Assembly (NCBI GenBank): GCA_963782055.1
Contig: CAWAIF010000003.1
Coordinates: forward strand, 6,176,001 to 6,240,000
Length of the DNA stretch: 64,000 nucleotides
Source: an uncultured delta proteobacterium
GTDB taxonomy: Bacteria; Myxococcota_A; Polyangia; Polyangiales; Polyangiaceae
Direction of reading: 5' to 3'
Position numbers and translations under genes: made by a program. The first letter of the stretch is position 1, and every line of letters starts with the position of its first letter. Below the pieces are notes generated by a model. It had not been told where the DNA came from and did no database searches. It saw nothing but the letters and a program-made list of their open reading frames with translations. Of this stretch, positions 39,615 through 49,236 are shown in pieces.

Positions 39615-40358
39615 TCAGGCGATGCCCGCGGGCGACCACGGGCGTCCCGTCTCGCATTCCACGTGGCGCAGCGAGACGCCCTGAGGCGTCACGTCGATCA
39701 CGCCGAGCACGATGGGCAGACGAAACCGGCGCGGGCCGACCGAGCCGGGGTTGAAGACGGTGATCCCGCCGTCTCGCCCGACGAAGGGCACGTGCGAGTG
39801 GCCGCACACGACGAGCGACGCGTCCTCCTTGCGCGCCATGCGCGCCACGTCGGCGCGCAGCTTCGGTCCGTAGACGGCGATGTGCACCAGCAGGATGGTG
39901 AGCAGCGTGCGCGCCCCGTCCACGAGGTCCACCGCGACGACGTCGGGCACTCCGGGGACGCGGGCGTCGATGTTGCCCCGCACGGCGGTCACCGGTGCAT
40001 GACGCTCCAGCCCTCGCAGCACCGAGAGATCGCCGATGTCGCCCCCGTGAAGGATGTGTCGCGGCGCGATCTCGTCCAGCCGCGCGTCCAGGTGTGGGTC
40101 GGGGCGGCCATGCGTGTCGGCCACCGCGGCGATGCACACCCTGCCACCCGGCGCCTCGATGGTTGCGCGTGTGTGTACGCGGCGGCTGCCGGCCGAGGCG
40201 CCACCGCCGCCCGAGCCACTGGAACCGTGGCCGCCGCTCGAGCCACCGGAACCGCGACCGCCGCCCGAGCCACCGGGACCACCGCCGCCGCCGGGTGCGG
40301 TAGCGGAAGCCGAGGCGGAGGCGGACCGGGTGCGCGCCATCAGGGATGGAACATCCAT
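39615..40358 (-). CDS. YfcE-like metallophosphoesterase with a Gly/Ser-rich N-terminal extension (start uncertain)
   Basis: ADTHG, HGGD, RGNID, GHSH, NPGS. Confidence 0.88.
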   Translation of the reverse strand: MDVPSLMARTRSASASASATAPGGGGGPGGSGGGRGSGGSSGGHGSSGSGGGGASAGSRRVHTRATIEAPGGRVCIAAVADTHGRPDPHLDARLDEIAPRHILHGGDIGDLSVLRGLERHAPVTAVRGNIDARVPGVPDVVAVDLVDGARTLLTILLVHIAVYGPKLRADVARMARKEDASLVVCGHSHVPFVGRDGGITVFNPGSVGPRRFRLPIVLGVIDVTPQGVSLRHVECETGRPWSPAGIA

Positions 40359-41995
40359 ACCCTATCGTTGCCGGCGATGTAGATCCGCCCGAGCGCGGCG
40401 ATGGGCGTCGTGAAGATCCCCACCCCGCTCACGCCGTTCCCCGCGGTCTGCGACCCGTCGTAGACGACCGCGCCGGTGCCGACGTCCCACCCGCGCAGCG
40501 TGTTGCCGACGACCCAGACGACGGCGTTCGCGTGGCCGTCGGTGGTGGTGATCATCGGCTCGCCCTCGCTCTGGCTGTCCGCGCACCAGGCGACGGTCGC
40601 CTTCGGCGGCGCCGTCGCGGAGATCTTCAGCGCCACGAGGTCGCCCGCGCCCGTGGGACAGCCCAGGCCGGTCGCGCCGCCGTAGCCGTGCAGCACGACG
40701 TACGTCCCCGCGCCAGTCGTCACCGCCGCCGCGGCGTTGATGATCTCCCCGCTCACCACGTGGGCGTTGAACACGCCGTCGCCGGAGCCGGCGTCGGCGA
40801 CGCCCCCGAGGTCGGCGCGGTCGAGCAGGTAGACGTAGCCGTTCTTTCCGAGGGAGAGCACCAGGCTCGCGGGGGTGGCGCCGGGCGCCTCGACGATGAC
40901 CGGCCCCGACCCGCCGATGTCCACGTCGCCGGTGTCCAGCGCCTTCCAGTCGTGAGGCGCGAAGTAGTCGGCGGGCAGCCCGGTGAAGCTGGGCCCTGCG
41001 TGGAACCGGAAGATCGCCTCGCCCCCCGACCACTTGCTCGCGCCGAAGGTGTTGCCCGAGGCGACGTAGAGGTCGGTGCCGTCCGCCGCGACGCCGCCCG
41101 GCGCCCACATCCCGCCGCCCTTCGCGGGCGTGACGTACCCCTTGATCGCCGACGGGTTCACCTCCGGCACGCCGATGGTCCACCCGTGGTAGTCGCCGCA
41201 ATCGCCGTAGTGCCCGCCGAAGGGCACGTACACGACGCCGCCCTGCAGCGCGAGCGCGCCGCGCTGGTTCTCCAGCTTGGCGCTGAAGCCGCCGCCCACC
41301 GTGGAGAGGTCGACCGGAAAGCCGGCGCGCTCGCTCCCGTCATCCACCGAGAGCGCGTGGAGCATGTGCGTTTGGATGGCGCTCTGATCGCCCACCGCAG
41401 CGCTGACGTAGAGCGTGCGCGACGCCGCGTCGATGACGGGCGTGCCCGTGATGCCGATGGGGTGCACGTTGCCGCACCCGGCCCCGCTGTTCTGCGCCGG
41501 CGTGCCCAGCGTCTTTTGCCAGAGCGGCAGTCCCGTGTCGGCGTCGAGCGCCGTCACCTGGTTGCTCTCGGTGAAGGCGAAGACCGCGGCCTTCCCACCC
41601 GGTCCGTCCTCCAGGAAGAGCGCCTGCGCGTAGACGTGGCCGGAGATCGTCCCGTCGAACGTCTTGTCCAGCTTCATCGTCGCGGCCGCCGCCTTGGTGA
41701 ACGTCGGCTGCACGTACAGGCCGTCGCGCGAGGCGTGCTGGTGGTGCGTCAGGACCGAGTCGCCCGCGTCGACGTCGCCCGCGTCCCCCGCGTCCGCCGC
41801 GCTGCCGTCCCCGCCGCCGTCACCCGACGCCACGTCGGGCACGTCGGCGTCCGCCGCCGCGCCGTCGGGCAGCGTCCCGTCGAGGAGGGAGGCGTCGGTC
41901 CCGCCGTCCCCGGCTCCGGAGCCGCCTCCACCACAGCCTCCACACCCTGCCGTCACCAGGAGGACACCCACCACCAGACTGGCCGCGCCGCGCAT
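40340..41995 (-). CDS. PQQ-like beta-propeller lipoprotein
   Basis: Lipobox TAGC, DAG linker, GITGTPVID, NQRGAL, D.D.GGSG. Confidence 0.8.
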   Translation of the reverse strand: MRGAASLVVGVLLVTAGCGGCGGGGSGAGDGGTDASLLDGTLPDGAAADADVPDVASGDGGGDGSAADAGDAGDVDAGDSVLTHHQHASRDGLYVQPTFTKAAAATMKLDKTFDGTISGHVYAQALFLEDGPGGKAAVFAFTESNQVTALDADTGLPLWQKTLGTPAQNSGAGCGNVHPIGITGTPVIDAASRTLYVSAAVGDQSAIQTHMLHALSVDDGSERAGFPVDLSTVGGGFSAKLENQRGALALQGGVVYVPFGGHYGDCGDYHGWTIGVPEVNPSAIKGYVTPAKGGGMWAPGGVAADGTDLYVASGNTFGASKWSGGEAIFRFHAGPSFTGLPADYFAPHDWKALDTGDVDIGGSGPVIVEAPGATPASLVLSLGKNGYVYLLDRADLGGVADAGSGDGVFNAHVVSGEIINAAAAVTTGAGTYVVLHGYGGATGLGCPTGAGDLVALKISATAPPKATVAWCADSQSEGEPMITTTDGHANAVVWVVGNTLRGWDVGTGAVVYDGSQTAGNGVSGVGIFTTPIAALGRIYIAGNDRVWMFHP

Positions 41996-42085
41996 GCCGT
42001 ATCTTGGGCGCACGCTCCGCCGCCGGCACCATGAATGACTTGCGCGAGCGCAGGCCCTATGCTCCCCGGCCAAGGAGCTCTCCCC

Positions 42086-43324
42086 ATGGCAGCCGCATAC
42101 ATCCTCGACGCCGTCCGCAGCCCCCGGGGCCGCGGCAAGCCCGGCAAGGGCGCACTCTCAAAGATCCACCCGCAGAACCTGCTCGCGCAGACGCTGCAGG
42201 GGCTGGCGAAGAAGAGCGGCCTCGACCCCAAGGACGTCGACAACGTCGTCGTCGGGTGCGTCTCGCAGGCGGGCGAGCAGGGCGCCAACATCGCGCGCAA
42301 CGCCGTGCTCGACGCCGGCTGGCCCATCGAGGTCACCGGCACCACCCTCAACCGCTTCTGCGGCTCCGGCGCGCAGGCCGTCAACTTCGCCGCGGCGGGC
42401 GTCATGACCGAGCAGCAGGCCTTCGTCGTCGGCGGCGGCGTCGAGTCCATGTCCCGCGCGCCGATGGCGTCCGACGGCGGCGGGCTGGACGGCAACAACC
42501 TCCACCTCCGCGAGCGCTTCGTGCAGGTGCCGCAGGGCATCAGCGCCGACCTCATCGCCACCCTGGAGGGCTTCAGCCGGCAAGAGCTCGACGCGTGGGC
42601 GCTCCGCTCGCAGCAGCGCGCCGCGAAGTCGCTCGAGGATGGCCGCTTCGCGCGCAGCCTCGTGCCCATCGTCGATCCGGAGACCGGCGCCGTCGTCCTG
42701 GACCACGACGAGTACCCGCGGCCTGGCACCTCGGCGGAAGGCCTGGCCAAGCTGGAGCCCGCGTTCGTCACGATGGGCGCGACCCCCGCCGGCGCCGACG
42801 GGCAGACCCTGGACCAGATCGCGCTGGCGGCCTACCCGCAGGCCAAGGCCATCCACCACGTGCATACTGCAGGCAACTCGAGCGGCATCGTCGACGGCGC
42901 CGCCGCCGTGCTCGTCGCCTCCGAGCGCGTGGTGAAGGAGCGCGGCCTCAAGCCCCGCGCGCGCGTCCGGGCGTGGGCCACCATCGGCGCCGAGCCGGTC
43001 ATCATGCTCACCGCCCCCGCGCCCGCGTCGGAGAAGGCGCTCCGCCTCGCCGGCATGAGCGCCAAGGACATCGACCTCTGGGAGATCAACGAGGCCTTCG
43101 CCGCCGTCGTCCTCCAGACCATCCGCAAGCTCGCCATCGACCCGGAGAAGGTCAACGTGTGCGGCGGCGCCATCGCCCTCGGCCACCCCCTCGGCGCCAC
43201 TGGCGCCATCCTCATCGGCACTGTCCTCGACGAGCTGGAGCGCCGCGACCTCACCACCGCCTGCGTGACCATGTGCATCGGCGGCGGGCAGGGCATCGCG
43301 ACCATCCTGGAGCGGGTGCGCTGA
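42086..43324 (+). CDS. Acetyl-CoA C-acyltransferase (thiolase)
   Basis: [27 protein letters not shown]. Confidence 0.95.
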   Translation: MAAAYILDAVRSPRGRGKPGKGALSKIHPQNLLAQTLQGLAKKSGLDPKDVDNVVVGCVSQAGEQGANIARNAVLDAGWPIEVTGTTLNRFCGSGAQAVNFAAAGVMTEQQAFVVGGGVESMSRAPMASDGGGLDGNNLHLRERFVQVPQGISADLIATLEGFSRQELDAWALRSQQRAAKSLEDGRFARSLVPIVDPETGAVVLDHDEYPRPGTSAEGLAKLEPAFVTMGATPAGADGQTLDQIALAAYPQAKAIHHVHTAGNSSGIVDGAAAVLVASERVVKERGLKPRARVRAWATIGAEPVIMLTAPAPASEKALRLAGMSAKDIDLWEINEAFAAVVLQTIRKLAIDPEKVNVCGGAIALGHPLGATGAILIGTVLDELERRDLTTACVTMCIGGGQGIATILERVR

Positions 43325-43331
43325 GCGGGTG

Positions 43332-43715
43332 ATGACACGCTTCTTGTGGATCTGCCTCGGGGGAGCGCTCGGCACCGGGTCGCGCTACCTCATCGGCCTC
43401 TGGGCCGGGCGCGCCCTCGGCACGACCTTCCCCTACGGCACCCTCGCCGCCAACATCCTCGGCTGCTTCCTCATCGCGGCGGTGACCCACGTCGCGCTCA
43501 CCACCACGAGCATCTCCCCCACCCTGCGGCTGGCCATCACCACCGGCTTCATGGGCGGGCTGACGACATACTCGAGCTTCAACCTCGAGACCACCACGCT
43601 CCTGCGCGCCCGGGCGTGGTACGCGGGCCTCGTCAACGTGGGCGTCACCCTGAGCGTGTGCTTCGTGGCGGGCATGCTCGGGCTCCTTGTCGCGCGCCGC
43701 ATCGTGGGCAACTGA
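43332..43715 (+). CDS. crcB: Fluoride efflux channel Fluc
   Basis: [29 protein letters not shown]. Confidence 0.93.
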   Translation: MTRFLWICLGGALGTGSRYLIGLWAGRALGTTFPYGTLAANILGCFLIAAVTHVALTTTSISPTLRLAITTGFMGGLTTYSSFNLETTTLLRARAWYAGLVNVGVTLSVCFVAGMLGLLVARRIVGN

Positions 43716-43779
43716 GAGGACGACCATGCCCCTACGACCCTCTCGGGACGCTGAGGGTCCGGGCGCTGGAGGTTGATTC

Positions 43780-44127
43780 ATGCGAGTTCTGGACGGCGAG
43801 CAGATCCTGGTGCGCATCTTCATCGGTGACGCGGACAAGTGGCACCACCAGCCCCTCGCGCGGGCGTTGCTCGAGCGCCTGCGCAGCGAGGGCTTCGCCG
43901 GCGCGACCGTCATCCACGGCGTCGCGGGGTTCGGGGCGACGAGCGTCATCCATACCGCCAACATCGTCGCGCTGTCGGCGGATCTGCCTGTCCTCGTCGA
44001 GGTCGTGGACGACGCAGCCCACGCCGATCGGCTCGTGGAGATCCTGGACGAGATGCTCACCGGAGGCGCCCTGGTGACGATGGAGAACGTGCGCGTCCTC
44101 AAGTACGCAGCCGGAAAGAAGGCGTGA
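43780..44127 (+). CDS. DUF190 (PII-like) protein
   Basis: RIFIGD.D, GFAGATV..G..GFG, LSADLP; usual crcB neighbour. Confidence 0.88.
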   Translation: MRVLDGEQILVRIFIGDADKWHHQPLARALLERLRSEGFAGATVIHGVAGFGATSVIHTANIVALSADLPVLVEVVDDAAHADRLVEILDEMLTGGALVTMENVRVLKYAAGKKA

Positions 44128-44206
44128 AGAGCCCCTGTCCGGTCTCGGGCGCCGGGCGAAAATTGGGGATGCATGCGCGCCCGTCGCCTCTGTTAGGCTT
44201 GGCGCC

Positions 44207-44908
44207 ATGGTCCTGACCAAGAAGCGCGCCGCCAAGCCGAAGAAGAAGACCGCCGCCACGAAGAAGCCGCGCGCCGCCAAGCCGAAGAAGGCGCCGGCGA
44301 AGCGGAAGGCGGCACCCGCGAAGCGCAAGGCCACCAAGCGTCCCGCCGCCAAGCGCAAGGCCACCAAGCGTCCCGCCGCCAAGCGCAAGGCCACCAAGCG
44401 TCCCGCCGCCAAGCGCAAGGCCACCAAGCGTCCCGCCGCCAGGCGCAAGGCCACCAAGCGTCCCGCCGCCAGGCGCAAGGCCACCAAGCGTCCCGCCGCC
44501 AAGCGCAAGGCCGCGGCCGCGAAGCCCGCGCCGGCGAAGAAGAAGAGCGCACCGAAGGCCCGCGCCGCCGCGAAGCCCGCCGCCCTCCAGCGCCGCGACG
44601 GCTCCGGCCACCTCGAGCCCCACTACGCGGCCCAGCTACGCAGGATCACCCGCGAGGGCCGGCACGAGGATCCGGAGGACTTCGTCCGCGGCAACCGCGC
44701 GATGGATCCACTCGCCCAGCAGCTCGGCCAGGAGTACGTCGAGACGGTCACCAGCGCCGAGGATGAGGGCGAGGACGTGCTCTATCAGGACGTGCCGGAG
44801 GAGGTGGGCGGCCCGTTCGTCATCAGCCCCGCCAGCACCGAGTTCGCCCAGGGCACCGACGCGTCCAACCCCAGGGGCGCGAAGCGCGAGCCGTTCCCGC
44901 GGACCTGA
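44207..44908 (+). CDS. Histone H1-like Lys/Ala/Arg-rich protein with an acidic C-terminal domain
   Basis: (KRKATKRPAA)6 followed by an acidic tail. Confidence 0.75.
   Translation: MVLTKKRAAKPKKKTAATKKPRAAKPKKAPAKRKAAPAKRKATKRPAAKRKATKRPAAKRKATKRPAAKRKATKRPAARRKATKRPAARRKATKRPAAKRKAAAAKPAPAKKKSAPKARAAAKPAALQRRDGSGHLEPHYAAQLRRITREGRHEDPEDFVRGNRAMDPLAQQLGQEYVETVTSAEDEGEDVLYQDVPEEVGGPFVISPASTEFAQGTDASNPRGAKREPFPRT
44321..44512 (+). repeat. 30-bp coding tandem repeat, ~6.4 copies
   Basis: ARGCGCAAGGCCACCAAGCGTCCCGCCGCC. Confidence 0.95.
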
Positions 44909-45007
44909 CGGTCCCTCGGCCGCGCCAGACCACGCGGCACGTTGCCCCGCGCCGGATTGAGCGCCCATGTGCTTAACCGGCACCGCGAAGGTGTCGTTCG
45001 TCCATCC

Positions 45008-46507
45008 GTGGAAACCGTCGCTCAGGTGGAGGACGCGCGCGCCGCCGTGGGCGGGCTCTGGCACCGCCTGGTGCGGGTGTCCCCCTCGGTGACCGATCCG
45101 GTGGTCCGTAGCCACGCGCGGCTCGCGGCGGGGCTGGCGCTGGTGTCCACGGTGCTGACCGGGGCCGCCTCGCTGCAGGCGGCGCTGCTCGCCCCGGCGG
45201 CGGTTGCCCATGTCGTGGCGCCCGTCCTCGTCGTGACCACCACCCTCAGCGGCGTGGGATACCTCCTCGCGCGAACGGGCCGCGTCCTGGCGACGGTCGC
45301 GCTGCTGATGTTCCTCGGCCTCACGTCCCCTGCCATCACCCTGCTCACCCACGACACCTCCGCGTACGGGGCGACCGCCCTGGCGGCCTTCGCCATGATC
45401 CCGGTGCTCACGTCGACGGCGCTCCTTCGCTCCCGCGGCGTGCTCCTGGTGAGCGCGACCGTGCTGGCGGCGGTGGTGGGCACACTCCTGTCCCTGCACG
45501 AAGGCGGCCAGAACGTCGCCGTCCCCATCCTCCTCCTCGTCACCACCTCCACCATCCTGGTCGTCGCCAGCCGCCACCGCGAGGCGGTCGAGCGGCTCCG
45601 ACAGGCCGCGCTGCAGCACCGCAACGAGGAGCTCCAGCGCCTGCGCGACACGCTGGAGGAGCGGGTGGCCGCGCGGACGCGGGACATCGAGCGCAGCCAC
45701 TCCGAGCTCGCCCACGCCTACGCCGACCTTCAGGCCAACCAGGAGGCGCTCGTCGCCTCGGAGAAGATGGCGCTCCTCGGACGCCTGACGGCAGGCGTGG
45801 CGCACGAGATGAACTCCCCGCTGGGCGCGATCCTCGCATCGGTCGATCACCTGGAGACGCTCGTGGACGAGTACGGGGAGTCCATCGGCGACGCGACGGT
45901 GACCGACGCCGACCACCGCGAGATCCAGAAGGAGCTGCACGAGTCGGTGCAGATCGCTCGCCTCGCGACCGAGCGGGCCACGTCCTTCGTGCGGAGCATC
46001 AAGTCGCAGACGCGGACGAGCACCCCGGGGCGGGTCGACCACTTCGACATGGCCGCGGTCGTCCACGATGCGGTGCTGCTGCTCCAGCACCAGGCGCGAG
46101 CGGCCCGCTGCAAGGTGAACGTCGAGGCGCCCGCGCGCCCCGTGCCGGTGGACGGCGACGCGGGCCGTCTGGCGCAGGCGGTGACCAACCTGGTGAGCAA
46201 CGCGATCGACGCGACGGGGGAGAGTGGCGGCGGCGAGGTGCGCGTGACCATCGCGCGCCAGCCAGACGTCGTCGTCGTCGAGGTGCACGACCAGGGCGCA
46301 GGCATTCCCGCTGACATCCTCCCCTCCATCTTCGAGCCGCTGTTCACGACCAAGCCCTTCGGTCGCGGGACCGGCCTGGGGCTCGCCATCACCCGGGAGG
46401 TCGTCGAGCGCGACTTCGGCGGGTCCATCGCGGTCGACACCTCGTCCGGAGGCAGCTGCTTCCGCCTGGAGCTTCCCACCTCCCAGGGAGTCGACCATGC
46501 CGCGTAA
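45008..46507 (+). CDS. Membrane sensor histidine kinase (start uncertain)
   Basis: TM helices, AGVAHEMNSP, NLVSNA, D.G.G, FTTK..G.GTGLGL. Confidence 0.93.
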   Translation: METVAQVEDARAAVGGLWHRLVRVSPSVTDPVVRSHARLAAGLALVSTVLTGAASLQAALLAPAAVAHVVAPVLVVTTTLSGVGYLLARTGRVLATVALLMFLGLTSPAITLLTHDTSAYGATALAAFAMIPVLTSTALLRSRGVLLVSATVLAAVVGTLLSLHEGGQNVAVPILLLVTTSTILVVASRHREAVERLRQAALQHRNEELQRLRDTLEERVAARTRDIERSHSELAHAYADLQANQEALVASEKMALLGRLTAGVAHEMNSPLGAILASVDHLETLVDEYGESIGDATVTDADHREIQKELHESVQIARLATERATSFVRSIKSQTRTSTPGRVDHFDMAAVVHDAVLLLQHQARAARCKVNVEAPARPVPVDGDAGRLAQAVTNLVSNAIDATGESGGGEVRVTIARQPDVVVVEVHDQGAGIPADILPSIFEPLFTTKPFGRGTGLGLAITREVVERDFGGSIAVDTSSGGSCFRLELPTSQGVDHAA

Positions 46508-47984
46508 GCGCACCACCGTCTCGACGGGACGCTCGGTGCTCGTCATCGACGACAACGCGGAGTACCTGACCTCCACCGCGCGCATCATCGCGCGCGACGG
46601 CCACGAGGTGCTCACGGCGAGCTCCGGCGAGGACGGCCTGCGGATCCTGCGCGCGCGGTCGGTGGATCTGGTGCTCGTCGACTACTTCATGCCGGGCATG
46701 ACGGGCGAGCAGTTCGTGAGCGAGCTGCGCGCCTTCGACGCCAGCGTGCAGGTGATCCTCCAGACCGGCTACGCGAGCGAGCAGCCCCCTCGCGAGCTCC
46801 TCCGGCGGCTCGACATCCAGGGCTACCACGACAAGAGCGAGGGCCCGGCCAAGCTGGCGCTCTGGGTGGACGTGGGGCTCCGCGCCGCTTACACGGTGCA
46901 GCTCCTGGACAAGTCCCGCCGCGGCCTGGAGTACATCCTGAGCGTCACGCCGGAGCTGCACCGGATCCAGCCGCTGGATCAGCTCCTCAACGGGGTGCTG
47001 CTGCAGACCGTGGGGCTGCTCGGCGCCGTGGACTCCTTCCTCGCGGTGGCGAGCGGGCCGCCGCAGGAGGTGACCGAGGAGGCCTTCGTCGCCACCGTCC
47101 AGGCGGGCGGCAAGCTCCGCGTGCGCGCGGGGACCGGCCGGTTCGCGGCGAGCGCCGGCGCCGGCGAGCTCGATGCCGCGCAGTCGACGGCCATCGCAGA
47201 GCTGATGCGCTGCGGCGAGGTGCGCGCCAGCGGCGAGGGGACGGTCGTGCCCCTGCGCGTGGGACAAAGCACGCTGGGCGTCATCTACGTCGATCGCAAG
47301 GTGGCGCAGCCGCGCGACGTGGAGCTCGTGCGCGTGTTCGCCAACCAGGCCGCCGTGGCCATCCACAACGCCTCCCTCTACGAGCTCGCGGCGGTGGACC
47401 AGCTCACCCGCGTCTACACCCGCACCTTCTTCCAGCACGCGCTGCTTCGCGAGCTGCGGTCCGCGCACAGGCTCGGTCGAGGGGTCGGCCTGCTGCTGGT
47501 GGACGTGGACGACATGAAGTCCATCAACGACGTGGGCGGGCACCTGTGCGGGGATCAGGCCCTCGCCGCGGTCGGGAGCTTGCTGCGACGATGCACCCGC
47601 GCGACCGACGTGATCGGCCGCTACGGGGGCGACGAGTTCGTGGTGGTGCTGCCCGGCGCGGACGCGGCCGGCACCGAGGTGGTCGCGCGTCGCATCGTCG
47701 AGCAGTGCGCGGGGCTGCAGGTCCCCGGCGCCGATGGCAAGCTCGTGGACGTTCGGCTCACCGTCGGCACCGCGGTCGTGCGACCCGAAGACGAGGCCGC
47801 GGCGGCGCGCTCCGCCGGGTACTTCGAGGCGATGGCGCGACGACTCGTCGACGCGGCGGACGCCTGCCTGTACGGCGGCAAGTCCGCGGGCAAGGCCCGC
47901 ACGCTGGAGGCGCGCGCCGTCGGCTGGGACGCCCTCTCCCTCCCGCCCTCGTCGGACGGCCACGGTCCAGACTGGCTCGCCTGA
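46497..47984 (+). CDS. Response regulator-GAF-diguanylate cyclase
   Basis: VIDD..VDYFMP receiver, GAF-like region, RYGGDEF with RxxD I-site (RATD). Confidence 0.92.
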   Translation: MPRKRTTVSTGRSVLVIDDNAEYLTSTARIIARDGHEVLTASSGEDGLRILRARSVDLVLVDYFMPGMTGEQFVSELRAFDASVQVILQTGYASEQPPRELLRRLDIQGYHDKSEGPAKLALWVDVGLRAAYTVQLLDKSRRGLEYILSVTPELHRIQPLDQLLNGVLLQTVGLLGAVDSFLAVASGPPQEVTEEAFVATVQAGGKLRVRAGTGRFAASAGAGELDAAQSTAIAELMRCGEVRASGEGTVVPLRVGQSTLGVIYVDRKVAQPRDVELVRVFANQAAVAIHNASLYELAAVDQLTRVYTRTFFQHALLRELRSAHRLGRGVGLLLVDVDDMKSINDVGGHLCGDQALAAVGSLLRRCTRATDVIGRYGGDEFVVVLPGADAAGTEVVARRIVEQCAGLQVPGADGKLVDVRLTVGTAVVRPEDEAAAARSAGYFEAMARRLVDAADACLYGGKSAGKARTLEARAVGWDALSLPPSSDGHGPDWLA

Positions 47985-48030
47985 CGCCTTTTCGCTGGCC
48001 CTTCCTCGTCCCCCCTTCTAGAACGAGGCG

Positions 48031-49233
48031 GTGGTGGAGCGCGCGGAGGTCGTCATCGTCGGCGGGGGACCCGCAGGGCTGACGACGGCCATCGCCTTGC
48101 TCCACGCCGACCCGTCCCTCGCCGAGCGGGTGGTCCTGCTGGAGAAGGCGCGTTACCCGCGCGAGAAGTACTGCGCCGGCGGCGTCGGCGGTCGCGGCGA
48201 CAAGATCCTCGCCTCCCTCGACGCCCGCCCCGACGTGCCCTCGGTGCCCGTCGACGGCATCTCCTTTCGCGCCGCCCGTGGGGAGCAGCGCGCCGTGGTC
48301 GGCGGCATCGGGCGCGTGGTGCGGCGCATCGAGTTCGACGCGGCCCTCGCCGGGATCGCGCGGGCGCGCGGCGTGCGCATCCTGGAGGACGCGCAGGCGA
48401 CGCGCGTGGAGGCGGACGCGCGCGGCGCCACCGTGTACACCTCCCGCGGCGAGTACCGCGCCCGCATCGTCGCGGGCGCCGATGGCGTGGGCAGCGTGGT
48501 GCGCAAGGCGATCGGCCTCGGCGCGGGGCGCCTGCGCGCGCAGGTGCTGGAGCTGGACACCGAGCCGGTCGATGGCGACCCGGAGCGCACCATCCTGCAC
48601 TTCGACGCCGCCGACCGCGGGCTCACCGGCTACTACTGGGACTTCCCGACGATCGTCGGCGGCGAGGAGCTCATCTGCCGGGGCATCTATCACCTCCGCA
48701 TGCGGGAGGACGACGTGGACATCCACGCACGCCTCGCCGAGCGCATGGAGGGGATGGGGCTGGACATCACGAAGTACAAGAACAAGCGCTACGCGGAGCG
48801 CGGCTTCGACCCGACCGAGCCCGTGGGCAAGGGCCCGCTCCTGCTCGTCGGAGAGGCGGCGGGCATCGACCCCATCACCGGCGAGGGCATCGCCCAGGCG
48901 ATCGAGTACGGCGCGATGGCCGGCACCTTCATCCACGACGCGCTGCGCGGCACCGCGTCGCTCGACCGGTGGTCGGAGCACGTGCGCACCTCGCGTCTCG
49001 GGCGCGACCTGCGCATCCGCAGGCGACTCACGCAGTCCTTCTTCGGCCCCGCGAGGCCCGACATGGAGCGCCTGCTGCTGGAGAGCGACAGGCCGCTGCG
49101 CGCCGGGTGCCGTCACTTCGCCGCCATGTCCTTCGACTGGGGCGCGCTGGCGGGCGTCGCCTACCGCGTGAGCGCGCTGTGGCTGAAGCGCCGGCTCGCG
49201 GGCCCGGACGAGGCCCCCGCACCCGCAGACTGA
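48031..49233 (+). CDS. FAD-dependent oxidoreductase (geranylgeranyl reductase-like)
   Basis: GGGPAG, PREKYC.G, GADG..S, GEAAG.DPITGEGI. Confidence 0.88.
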   Translation: MVERAEVVIVGGGPAGLTTAIALLHADPSLAERVVLLEKARYPREKYCAGGVGGRGDKILASLDARPDVPSVPVDGISFRAARGEQRAVVGGIGRVVRRIEFDAALAGIARARGVRILEDAQATRVEADARGATVYTSRGEYRARIVAGADGVGSVVRKAIGLGAGRLRAQVLELDTEPVDGDPERTILHFDAADRGLTGYYWDFPTIVGGEELICRGIYHLRMREDDVDIHARLAERMEGMGLDITKYKNKRYAERGFDPTEPVGKGPLLLVGEAAGIDPITGEGIAQAIEYGAMAGTFIHDALRGTASLDRWSEHVRTSRLGRDLRIRRRLTQSFFGPARPDMERLLLESDRPLRAGCRHFAAMSFDWGALAGVAYRVSALWLKRRLAGPDEAPAPAD

Positions 49234-49236
49234 ACC

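Noticed and set aside
43324..43332. Fluoride riboswitch upstream of crcB
   Set aside because: Only ~7 bp separate the thiolase stop and the crcB start, so there is no room for it.
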